Positions 45,853-55,785 of a DNA stretch of 64,000 bases are shown here, piece after piece. The stretch spans positions 124,001-188,000 of the forward strand of contig JAIVFI010000014.1 of NCBI GenBank assembly GCA_025558095.1, in the 5' to 3' direction. The notes below the pieces were generated by a model, which saw nothing but the letters and a program-made list of their open reading frames with translations, had not been told where the DNA came from and made no database searches. The stretch's first letter is position 1. Each line of letters starts with the position of its first letter. The stretch is from Hyaloraphidium curvatum SAG 235-1. Taxonomy: Eukaryota; Fungi; Monoblepharomycota. The translations under genes were made by a program, and so were the position numbers.

Positions 45853-47325
45853 ATGCAGACGGTCGACGACTCGTGGCTCCCTGCGGCGGCGTGGGTCGCG
45901 CTGCTGCCGGCCCCCACGAGGCCCGCGCCCGCCCTGTGCGCGGACGAGGAGCCGCGCCTGCTCGAGCGCGATCCGGCGGCAAAAGACCGCGAGCCGCTGA
46001 CAGTCGCCGACTATCACCGTGCGTTTACCGCCTCGCCGGTCCACCGCGCGGTGCTGTGGGGGATCCGCAACGTGCCCTCGCTCAATTCGCGCATGGTGCT
46101 TCGGGCGCTATACTACACCGCACCTGCCATCGTCGTGCCCTCCAGCGTCGTCGGGATCATGCTGGACTCTGGCTTTTTCGACTTGCGTGGGGTCGTGGCG
46201 GGGCTCGTGGGGTACGTCTTTGTGCAGATCTTCCACGCCGTGGCGTTAACGTTCGGAATGAAAGCCGCCGTCGCCATGCGCAAGGATCTGGACCTCCATC
46301 CCTTTGCGGTCTACGTGCGGTGGTACCATCTTTGTGTTACCGTGGGCACTGCCGGGGGCGGGCCCGATGTGGAGCTCGGAGGCGCCTCAGACTGGAACGC
46401 AGCGCTGCTCGCGCACAACGCCGAGGATCCCTTCTGCCTGTGCCCTGCGCCGTCCTGCGCCGGCTCCGTGCTGCGCACATCGGCGGCGGCACAGGTCGCA
46501 TTCGCGCTCTTTGAATTCCTGAGTGGGCTCTGCACTTGGGTCGTCCTCGCCCTCTGGACCCCCGTCGTATTCCTTGCCGCCGAGATGTGGACGACTTGGA
46601 GGGCGGGATTTGCCGCCTGGACCATTTTTGTTACCGTCGCGTGCCACGTCTCTCTCCTCAGCGAGATCGCCACAACGGACGTCGCCCTCCTCGGCCTCGA
46701 GTCCAGGCTAAAGCACCGAGTGCTGAAGCTGGCTCTAGCGGGCCTGGTTTCGAGAGCAACGCGGTCCTCCGCCCGCGGCGAAACCATTTCCTGGCCGTTC
46801 ACCGAACCCTACATTGACGTGCAGATGGCTTTCGCACCTTCGTGGCGCAGCAACAAGTCATCGACGGAGATCGGGCTCGTCCTCTTCGTGGTCGCCGCTT
46901 CGACGACGGCCCTGTCGTCCCTCGCTTCGTTGCTCGGATCCGGCTGCATCCCCGCCTTCTACATCTCCACCGTCGCCATGGACCTCGTCTTCTGCATCCG
47001 CTATGTCTCCGACGCCATCGTCGCCAACGGCGGCGTCTCCTCGGCCGTGGACCTCTACCGCCGCACGCGTACCACCCTAGCCGGCCTCCTCGCCCTGGAC
47101 CCGGACCACCCGGAGCGGCGACGACTGCGCGCCCACGCGGAGCTGCTGGCGCGGTACGAGGCCGCGTGCTCCGAGGACCTGGCAATGCTGTTTGGGTTCG
47201 TCGTGCGGTACGGCGTGCTCAGGGGCTTGCTGGTGACGGGGCTGACGGTGGGGATCGGGCTGTTTGGCATCCTGAGGGGGGCGGGGGCGAGGGTGACGCT
47301 GCAGACGGTGTGCCCCGTGGCGTGA
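45853..47325 (+). CDS. 7-TM family member E, intact and intronless
   Basis: AWVALLP; HPFAVYVRW; HNAEDPFCLCPAPSCAG; SGCIP; VAN; AMLFGFVVRYGVLRGLLVTGLTVGIGLFGILRG...QTVCP. Confidence 0.8.
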   Translation: MQTVDDSWLPAAAWVALLPAPTRPAPALCADEEPRLLERDPAAKDREPLTVADYHRAFTASPVHRAVLWGIRNVPSLNSRMVLRALYYTAPAIVVPSSVVGIMLDSGFFDLRGVVAGLVGYVFVQIFHAVALTFGMKAAVAMRKDLDLHPFAVYVRWYHLCVTVGTAGGGPDVELGGASDWNAALLAHNAEDPFCLCPAPSCAGSVLRTSAAAQVAFALFEFLSGLCTWVVLALWTPVVFLAAEMWTTWRAGFAAWTIFVTVACHVSLLSEIATTDVALLGLESRLKHRVLKLALAGLVSRATRSSARGETISWPFTEPYIDVQMAFAPSWRSNKSSTEIGLVLFVVAASTTALSSLASLLGSGCIPAFYISTVAMDLVFCIRYVSDAIVANGGVSSAVDLYRRTRTTLAGLLALDPDHPERRRLRAHAELLARYEAACSEDLAMLFGFVVRYGVLRGLLVTGLTVGIGLFGILRGAGARVTLQTVCPVA

Positions 47326-47472
47326 TCGCGATGCATGTACCGATGGGGATCCAGCATTGATATGTTACACTGATGGTATGTTTCCCGTCCTGACGCGACC
47401 GACTTTCCTTAGACCCCTTTCCCTTGCGCCGCCTCCTCCGCCAAAATTCGACTCGAAACCAGCTTTTGATGC

Positions 47473-48022
47473 TTACTCTGATACGGCGGGATCGTCAGCG
47501 TCTCGGTAGTTGGACAGACGCTGCGCATCCAAAATTTGACGTACCAAAGTGGAAGGCGACGCCGTGGTCCTGGGCGGTGCAACCGTGCTCCCTGGCGTGG
47601 CGCTGGAGCAAGGCGATGGTGGAGAAGGGCTGGTTGCAGAAGCCGCACTCGAGGTGGTTGGCGAAGCAGAACGAGTGCATCACCGCGGCGTCGACCCTGC
47701 GGAAGTGGTGCCCGCAGGCGTTGCAGTCGACTCCCCCGTCGTCCGCCACGGGGCCGAGCACGGGGCGCCTGTTGACGCAGATGGCGGCGTGCGGGATGTG
47801 CACGTTGGAGAGGACGGCCTGGCCACTGTCGACACGGAGAAAGCGCCTTACGATGATCTCGGGGCCCTGCCCGCGGACGGCCACGAAGACGTAGGACGGG
47901 CAGACGTGCTGGAAAGCGTTGGGATCGGCCGCCATGCAAATCAATCGGGCGCGCGTGGTGTTCATAGAGGGGCCTTGAGCCTGTGAGGAGGGACCTGAGT
48001 GAGCCAGTTGAGGCTGTGCCAT
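47473..48022 (-). CDS. Small C2H2-type zinc-finger protein
   Basis: CNACGHHF...MH and CGFCNQPFSTIALLQRHAREH; probable terminal intron (GTACGT...CAG); start uncertain. Confidence 0.55.
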
Positions 48023-49123
48023 CCCGCCAACCGGGAAGAAAAACCGTTCCCGGGCTGCCCCGACGCCAATACAGCGCCTGCGACCGCAGACACGATGGTC
48101 ACGGGGTCAGAAGGGTGATTCACAGGTCCACGCGGCAGATCGGCCGCCCCGCCTCGGGGGAACGTCCGGTGCGGATGGGCCCCGGGCCAGGTCCGCTGAT
48201 GGGGTCGTTTCTCACCTTCTGCGGGGCGCCCGAAGCCGGGGCGTCGCCGAACTGAATAAGCGTGGCGGTCTTGTCGCACGCGTCGAGGCGCGGTCGGGAT
48301 CCGGCGCTGAGGGTCCGGCGGGGAGGGACGGGGTCAGCGCGGCGGGTCACGTGGGGTGGCCCGCCCGCGGCCGCCAAGCCATTGCAGGGCCCGCGCTGCT
48401 GGCAGGCGCTCTGTGCGGGGCATGGCGGATCTGCTCTGGGGCGGCGGAGATGGAACTCACAGTTTTCGGGGGGTGCCGTAGAAATGCTGGAAAATGGTTT
48501 TGGAAGGACAGGCGCGCCTTGGCAGCGCGTTCCGTAAAGTGCTTACGAAAAATCGGAACGCAAGTTGCGGCAAGCCCATCCGGATGGCTCAGGACTACGA
48601 CAGGAGCATAGTGGCTCCAGTTCTCACTTAGGTGAAGTAAGGGGATCGGCTCGTCGACGGCCGCGGCCGGACGATCGTCGAGGCAAAGTACGTGCCGCAC
48701 CTGCTCACAATCGAAGCGTGGTACTGCGCCGAGTTCAAGTACGACCACTTCGAGGACCCCGTGGACAAGACGAGGCGCGAAATGCTTGAGACGCTATCAA
48801 GTGGATGTATCTGAACTTGATGGAGCAGCAGAGTATCGGAACTTGGAAGAAACAGGATCAGAAAACCGCCAGCCGATTGATTTCAGCAGGGAGTGGTGCA
48901 TCTGGTGTATCAAGGCAGAGTTTGTACCTCTAGATTGACCTCGATTCGTCAAGCAGTTTATCGTCGGCATCCCTTCCCTGCAAAAAACATCGGTTCCATT
49001 ACCATTAGCCCCCGTCCGTCCGTCTTCTCTTCCCCGCCGCAGCCCCCATCCGCCATTCCGCGCGGTCCGCCGGCCCGCCGGCACCCCGCGCGGCCGCATC
49101 CCTCCCTTCCATCCCCCTGCATC

Positions 49124-50765
49124 TCACCTCCCCTCCTCCCCCCCTTCCGGTTCCTGCTCGCCCTCCCCGCCCTGCTCCTCCGCGACGATGCCGGGCGGCG
49201 CCTCCCCCCTCGGGCTCGCGTAGTCGAACCCCACCCCCTGCGGCAGATAGGCGCCGAACCCCTCCTGCTGGTAGATCGGGCTGAGCGGGTTGAAGTGGAA
49301 CGGGCCCACGGGGAACGACAGCGGGGACATCGGGGGCGGGGAGAGCAGCGCGCCGGGAGGGGGGCCGTAGCCGAGCGGGAAGTCGGGGGGGTGCATGAGC
49401 GGCGGCGGGCGGACCTGCCGGCGGCCGCCGCCGGGGGGGGCGGGGGGCCCGCCGGCCGTGAGCGCGGGTTTGGGGGGTTCCGGCGGGGGAGAGTAGTAGT
49501 AGTTTGCGGGGTCGGGGCGGTCGCCGAGGGAGAGGGAGGAGAGGTCCGGTGGTTCGGAGGGGGCGCGCGGGTCCGGCGGGGGTGCCGGGTCGGGGGGCAA
49601 GGCGGAGAGGAAGGGGCTCACGGGCCCCGGGTAGCGCATGGGGAACGAGTAGGGCTGGTTGGGGAGGAGCATCATGCCCGGCGGGAAATGGCCGACCGGT
49701 GCGGGACCCCGCGAGGGGGAGGTGCGCATGCGCGCGTCGGCGGGGTGCGCGGGGGAGCCCGGGGAGGAGCCGGGGGAGCGGTGGTGGTGGTGGTGCTGGG
49801 GCGCGTTGTTGAGGAAGGCGAGGTGGCCGAGCTTGTCCTCGCGGACCTGGATGGTGCGGCCGTGGATCTGGACGTTGTTGAACATCTCTGCGGCGGATCC
49901 GTGGGGTGAGAAGGCTGCAAGACCATGGCGGTCCGTCGCGGGACCCACGGATGGCGGCCTCGGCCTCCTCGCGCTTCTCAAACACCACGACGCCCAGCCC
50001 CTTGCTCCGCCCGTCGCTCTTGAGCAGCACGTCGGCGCGGATCACGTTCCCGGCCTCCCTGAACATGCTCTTCAGGTCCTGCCAGCGCATCTGGTAGGGG
50101 AGCTGCCCACGGGCGCGGTGAGCGGGGTCACGCGGGGCGGAGAGGCGGCGCCCCACGTTGGTGACAAAGAGCTGGCGGCCCTCCATGGTGGTCTGCTCGG
50201 ACCGCGCGTTGCGGTCCTGGTGCACCTGCAGGATGCGGCCCTGGTACTCGCGGCCGTTGAACATTTCTGGTCGGCGGCAAGCCGCGTCAAGCCACGTCGG
50301 GGGACCCGCAACGGTTTCCACCCACCGACGGCGCGCTTCGCGTCCTCCAGCTTCTCGAACACGACGCTGCCGAAGCCCTTGCTCTTGCCGTCCGCGTCGA
50401 CGCTCACGTCCGCGCGCAGCACGTTGCCGCCCGCCTCGCGCATGAGGTCCTATTTTGGCGGGGTTCCGGTGCCGGGAATGAGCCATCTTGGGGCCCCTGC
50501 GGGTCCCGCGACCGTGTACCTTCAGGTCCTGCCACGACACCGAGTACGGCAGGTTGCGGACGAACAGCTGGCGCGAGGAGATCTCCGGCTCGCCGTCGTG
50601 GGACGGCGACGCCCCCGGGAACCCCTCGCCCTCCTGCGCGCCTCCCGCCATGTGCCCCGCGTGCGGCGCGGTGGACGCCCGCGCCGGGTCGCGGTCGGCG
50701 GCGGAGTGCGGCCGCGGCGGCGGGTCCGACGCGGTGCGGCCCGGTGCAGCGAACGGCGCGGCCAT
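49124..50765 (-). CDS. Two-RRM RNA-binding protein of the Gbp2/Hrb1/hnRNP M type with a Pro-rich tail; multi-exon
   Basis: QLFVRNLPYSVSWQDLK...RADV...SKGFGSVVF...MFNG...GRILQVHQDR and QLFVTN|LPYQMRWQDLK...GRTIQVREDK; start uncertain. Confidence 0.88.
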
Positions 50766-51213
50766 CCCGCTCACACGGCGCGCGGCCGCCCGGCAAGAAG
50801 GGCGCGCCGCTGACTCATCGCCGCGGGGCGCTGGCCGCGGGGGGCGCGCCGGCGTGGGGCCGGGGAGGGGCGCTTATCGCGCTGCGGTCAGCCAACCCCG
50901 GGGGACGCGGTGGCCCAGGCCGGCCAGCACGCCATCCGCGCCGTCCGCTTCGGGGGACCGGAGGGGCCGTATGATGCGCATCGGAGTGCCTGGATGCCGG
51001 CGGAACGGGGCAGGGAGGATTCCGGCGGCCGGGAGCCGCGGGCGGGGAGGGCCCGGCATCCTGCGCAACGGCACCGCGTGAACCTGCGAAGCTATTCCTT
51101 CCCCCGCCGCCAACCATCTCGATCGGGGCGGAAACTTGCCGCCTCGCGTCGTTCGTCAATCGGCTGCCCCGTTGGGACGGAACCCCTGCCCATACACCGC
51201 CCCCCTCGGCACC

Positions 51214-52110
51214 TCACGCCCACCTCTCCCCAGATACCCACAGCTCCAGCTCCGCCGCCCCCTCCAGCGCTTGCCCGCACTCCCCAAAGTGCCTCCTCAC
51301 CCGCTCCCCGTCCCCGGGCCCGGCATAGTACGCCACACACGCCGCTTGCCCCGCCTTCCCCATTTCCCTGTACTCGACATCCAGCAACCCATCCACCCTC
51401 CCCGGGTGCGCGCACGGGTACCCGAGCGCAGCAGCGACATCGCCGTCCGACACGCGGATCCACCCGTCGTCCCCCGGTGGGCCGGGGGGGTGGAACGTCC
51501 GCTCCGCGAGGGCCGACAGGGGGTGCGACGCGAGGACGAGCGAGTAGTGCCCCTCAAAGACGCCCGTGGGCGAGCGCACGGGGGCATCGACGGGGCGCAG
51601 GGCGAGCGTCGCCAGCGCGTCGAGCAGCTCTGCGGCCCGGGGAGAAGTCAGCCTCCCCTCCACCCATGCGCGGGCAGCGGACCCACCGCGCGCGTCCGCA
51701 TCTCCCTGCCCCGCCATCTCCCTCAACCTCCCCGCCGCGGGCGTCCACACGCCCTCCACCCACCTGTCGTCCAACTCCTGTGCCTCCTCCCTCCGCCCGT
51801 CGCCGAACCCCAGCAGCACGCACGGCCTCTTGCCCGCCGCCAGCAGGGCGAGCTCGAACCGGTGCAGGTAGTACGCATCGTCCTCCCGCATCCCCGCGGC
51901 TTCGAGGCGGGCGCGGTGGGACTGGAAGGGGGGGAGGGTGGATAAATAGGCGAGCAGGTGGGGGGGCAGCGAGGCGAAGAAGGCGGATTCGAGGGGGGCG
52001 AGGAGGGAGAGGAGCAGGGAGAGGGCGCGGGGGGAGGGGCGGCGGGGGGGCGGGCGGGCGGGGGTGGTCGGCGGCGTGGGGGGTGCGTGGTCTGGATGGA
52101 GGGAGGACAT
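51214..52110 (-). CDS. Hypothetical protein
   Basis: Codon-biased ORF with GKRPCVLL...VAAALGYP...VEY...VAYYA; divergent from the TANGO6-like gene; no family recognised. Confidence 0.6.
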   Translation of the reverse strand: MSSLHPDHAPPTPPTTPARPPPRRPSPRALSLLLSLLAPLESAFFASLPPHLLAYLSTLPPFQSHRARLEAAGMREDDAYYLHRFELALLAAGKRPCVLLGFGDGRREEAQELDDRWVEGVWTPAAGRLREMAGQGDADARGGSAARAWVEGRLTSPRAAELLDALATLALRPVDAPVRSPTGVFEGHYSLVLASHPLSALAERTFHPPGPPGDDGWIRVSDGDVAAALGYPCAHPGRVDGLLDVEYREMGKAGQAACVAYYAGPGDGERVRRHFGECGQALEGAAELELWVSGERWA

Positions 52111-52243
52111 TGGAGGGGAGAAGTGGGGGCAATGGCCCTCAAGCGGGCGACGGAGGTTTGCGCGTTTGAGCTGACGACCCCGGCGCGGGAGGCAAGGGAT
52201 CGCGCGGTAAACAAACAGACGCGCTGATCTGGCCTGTGGCGGG

Positions 52244-55200
52244 ATGGCTGCCGGCCTCGCGGGCCCGCTGGGGCTGCTCCGGGCGCTGGTCGACCCGTCG
52301 GGCGGCCGCTCGGCGGGGCAGCAGCTGCCCGAGGAGGCCTCGGACCGGCAGGAGGGCCCGCCGCCGCGCACGCTGGAGGAGCTGCTCGCGCGGCGGCTGC
52401 ACGCGTGGTCCGCACGGTTGGCCCGATTGGAGGGGCGGGACGCGGAGCCGACGGGCGTGGATCTGGGGACCGCGGAGGGAACGGGCCCGCCGGCGTTCCG
52501 GTTCGCGCTGGCCTGCGTGGACGCGCTGCTCCGCGTGCACCGCGCCCTCGCCGACGCCCTCGCCGACACAAACGCCGCGGAGGAACCCACCCCGCTGATC
52601 CCGCTGGCCGCCTACGCGCAGCTCACCGCCGCGCTCGAGTGCGCCGTCGTGTGGGGCCTCGCGGCGCACCTGCCCGACGGCGTGGGGCCGCCGGCCGAGG
52701 CCAGGGGCAAGCACGCCTCGCGGGCGCTGGGGCACTCCTCCATCCCGGCGGGCAAGGCGGCGGACAAAACGCGGTACTTCAAGGACGACCCCGCGCCGCT
52801 CACGGACGCGCAGAAGCTCGCCAACCTCGCCCTCGCCGCGGGCCCGCTGGCCTCCCTGGCCCTGCTCCCCGCACCCGAGGACCCCGGCGCGCCCCCGCTC
52901 CCCTCGCAGCTGCTGCGATCCTATCTCCCGGATCTGCTGGCAGCGACGTGCTACCTCTCCCTCCGCGACCACCGTTCACCCCATTTCGCCTCCCTCGTCC
53001 GCGCGCTTCCCGCGGACCCCCTCCTCCCCTCCCTCCTCCCGCTCATCCCCCCCTCCGCCCCCACGCACTTTGCCCTCCGCATCCGCGCCGCCCTGACGTA
53101 TGCGCTGTTCGGCCGCCCCGGCGGTGCAGCACCGGGCATTGCGGCACTGGTAAAGGCCATGTGGCCCCCGGACGGCACCTCCCCCGAACGCGCGCTCGCC
53201 GCCGCCGCGGGCGCCGTGTGCGCCTTGCCCCGCGCCGAGGTGCTGCAGGAGTTGTCCGCCGCCGGGCTGGGCCTGTGGACCGGCGAGGGGTGGCGGAACG
53301 AGTGGAGCGCGGCGGTCGCCTCGGGGTGCCTGGACCTTTTGGACGCGTTTGCCCGCGACGCGGCGGACGGCAGGCCCAAGGCCGACGACCGCCCCGCCCT
53401 CGGCGCGGCGTACCTCCTCTCCCGCCTGCGCGCCGCCCATCCGCGCCCGTTCCCGCGCCCGCTCGTCCGCTCGCGGCTCGCATGGCCCGAACACGACGCC
53501 CGCGCCGCGATGCTCGCCGTGCACAGGCTGGGCGTGTTCCTCCGCTCCCTCCGCGAGGAGGGCGGGGCGGATCCCACCCCCCTGAACGCCGCATTCGTGC
53601 TCGGCGAGATGCTATCGCCCCTCGCCGCGCGGCTTTGCCTGCTCGCGGTCGGGCTGGACGGCCCGCAGAGGGTCGCGTCCCCGTCGGAGGAGGAGGCGAG
53701 GGAGGTGCTGAAGGAGGGCGCGGGGGACGCGGCGTTTGCGTTCCTGGAGCTGCTGGAGAGGAGCGAGGGGGAGGAGGCGGCGGTCAGGGGCGCGGAGATG
53801 CTCTGGGAGGCCGTCTCCTCGGCGGCTGCGGCGGGGGAACTGGGTCTGGAAGTGCGGGAGACGGAAGGGGGAATGGAGCTGCGGCGGGTCGAAGATGGGA
53901 GGGCGGACGGGAAGGGGGAGGTGCGCGTCGCGCCTCCGGATTCGGACGACGATGACGAGCGGGCCGCCGCGGACGCCATGCGAACCCTCTCACTCTCCCC
54001 CTCATCCTCCGCCCCCCTGGCTTTCGCACGCCTCCTCCGCGCCTTCTCATCGCGCCCGGGGTCTGGCTTCGTCGCCGGGTTCTTCTCATGGGCCGCGGAC
54101 GAGTGGGTCCGCACCGCGTCGGAGCTGCGCGACAGCGAAGAGGGTGAGGAGGATGAGGAGGCGGGGAGGAGGCATGCGAGGTTGGCGGGGCTGCTGATGG
54201 CGATGGTCTCGGTGTTTTCGGAACCTGCACCCGGCGAGGCGGCGGACGACGCCGACCCGGCGCCGCTCAAGGCGCTCCTCGGCAACCCCGCCCGCGCCGC
54301 CCGGTTCGCGCGCGCCGCGCTGCACGCCGGCTCGGAAGCGCTGGCGGACGCGGCGGTGGCGGCGCTCGCGGGGTCGCTGGCGACGGATCCGGCGGGGCTG
54401 CTCGGGGTGGAGAAGGGGGTGCTGGAGGAGCTGCGGATGCTGCTGGGGATACGGGGTGGGGGGGTGGAGGGCGCGCTGAGGACGGCGATCGCGGCCGCGT
54501 TGGCGTTCAGGGAGGAGGAAGGGCCTGCCGACGGGAAGGCAGGGGAGGACGGAGGGGACGACGCCGATCCGGTTGCGAGGTCGCTCGCGGACCTGAAGCC
54601 CGGCACCATGGCCCCGCTCAAGGCACGCGGACTGTCGACGCTGGCCTCGCTTCTCCGCGCCGAGGACCCGCGGGTGCTGAAGCTGGGCACCCCCGCGCTG
54701 GCGGCGCTGGGGATCGCGGCGCTGGCGGACCCCGAGGAGTTCGCGTACCTGCACGCGGTCAGGTTCCTCGCGGCGCTGGCCGAGGCCGATCCGGAGAGGG
54801 GCATCGAGGCGCTGGCGGGTGCGTTCGCCGGGGACGGGGATGTGGCGACGAGGTGCAAGGTCGGGGAGGTGCTGATGCGGGTGGTCGTGCGGCAGGGCGA
54901 GGCGCTCGGGAAGCTTGGTGGGATCCATAGTTGACGCGATCGCACTGTTTGGACTGACGATTCGTCTTTCGATTTCAGCCCCGCGCTTCGTGCCGTTGTT
55001 CCTGCACGTCCTCAACGCCTCGGCCTCGCCCGTCAAGCCCTCGACGGCCTCCCACCCCGCACCGCAGCAGCCAAGCGGCGACGACAACATCGCCCTGCAA
55101 TCGTCCGCACTCTCCCTCATCGCAGCCTGCCTCGAGGTCTCCTTCCTCGCCTGCCTCCCCTTCCTGGACACGGTCGCCGACGCCGCGCTCGGCGTGCTGC

Positions 55201-55622
55201 GCACCGAGCGCCGCCACCCGCAAATCCGCTGCGCGGCGGTGTACCTGCTCGCTTCCTTCGTCGAGGGCGCGGGATCGATGCTCGAGAGCTCGCCCGCAAA
55301 TGACGCGGGCCTCGATCCGAAGCTCCTCGCCAGCATCCGAGCGGCGCTCGAGATCGTCGAGTCCGGGTCGGGCGTGCTGGGCGAGCCGGACACGGAGGAG
55401 GACGGGATCGTCCGGGATCACGCGAAGGCGGCGCTGGAAAGGCTGGGGATGGTGGCGGCGGGGTTGCCGGGGCGCAGGGAGGGGAGAGGGCTGAACGCGG
55501 CCATGTGGAGGCGCCGGGAGGGGGAGGCGAGCGTGGTGCGGGGGTTGCTCGGGGACATGGTGGATGGAGGGTCGAGGAAGGCCGATATTGGGCTCAGGGT
55601 GGTCGAGGAGAGGAGGCTGTAG
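52244..55622 (+). CDS. TANGO6 / RTP1-like HEAT/ARM-repeat protein (RNA polymerase II assembly or import factor); 2 exons
   Basis: PLKARGLSTL...LADPEEFAYLHAV...RCKVGEVL (RTP1_C1-like); SSALSLIAAC...RCAAVYLL...DGIVRDHA (RTP1_C2-like); intron about 54918..54978. Confidence 0.8.
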
Positions 55623-55785
55623 AGCTGCGATTCAGCCTCGTGGAGGTCTCGCGGTCAAATACAGTACTAGATCCTGCTGCCCTTGTTCTCGCCTCGCACC
55701 GTCCTGCATCCCTCCTACTCCGTTACGACTCCTCGCGGGCTCCCAAAGCTCCCGCAACTCTTGCGGATCGGCTGACTCGCCGTCG

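Noticed and set aside
48540-48840. Coding-like fragment (…TIEAWYCAEFKYDHFEDPVDK…) on the + strand
   Set aside because: Bounded by stops, no start or family recognised; at most a gene relic
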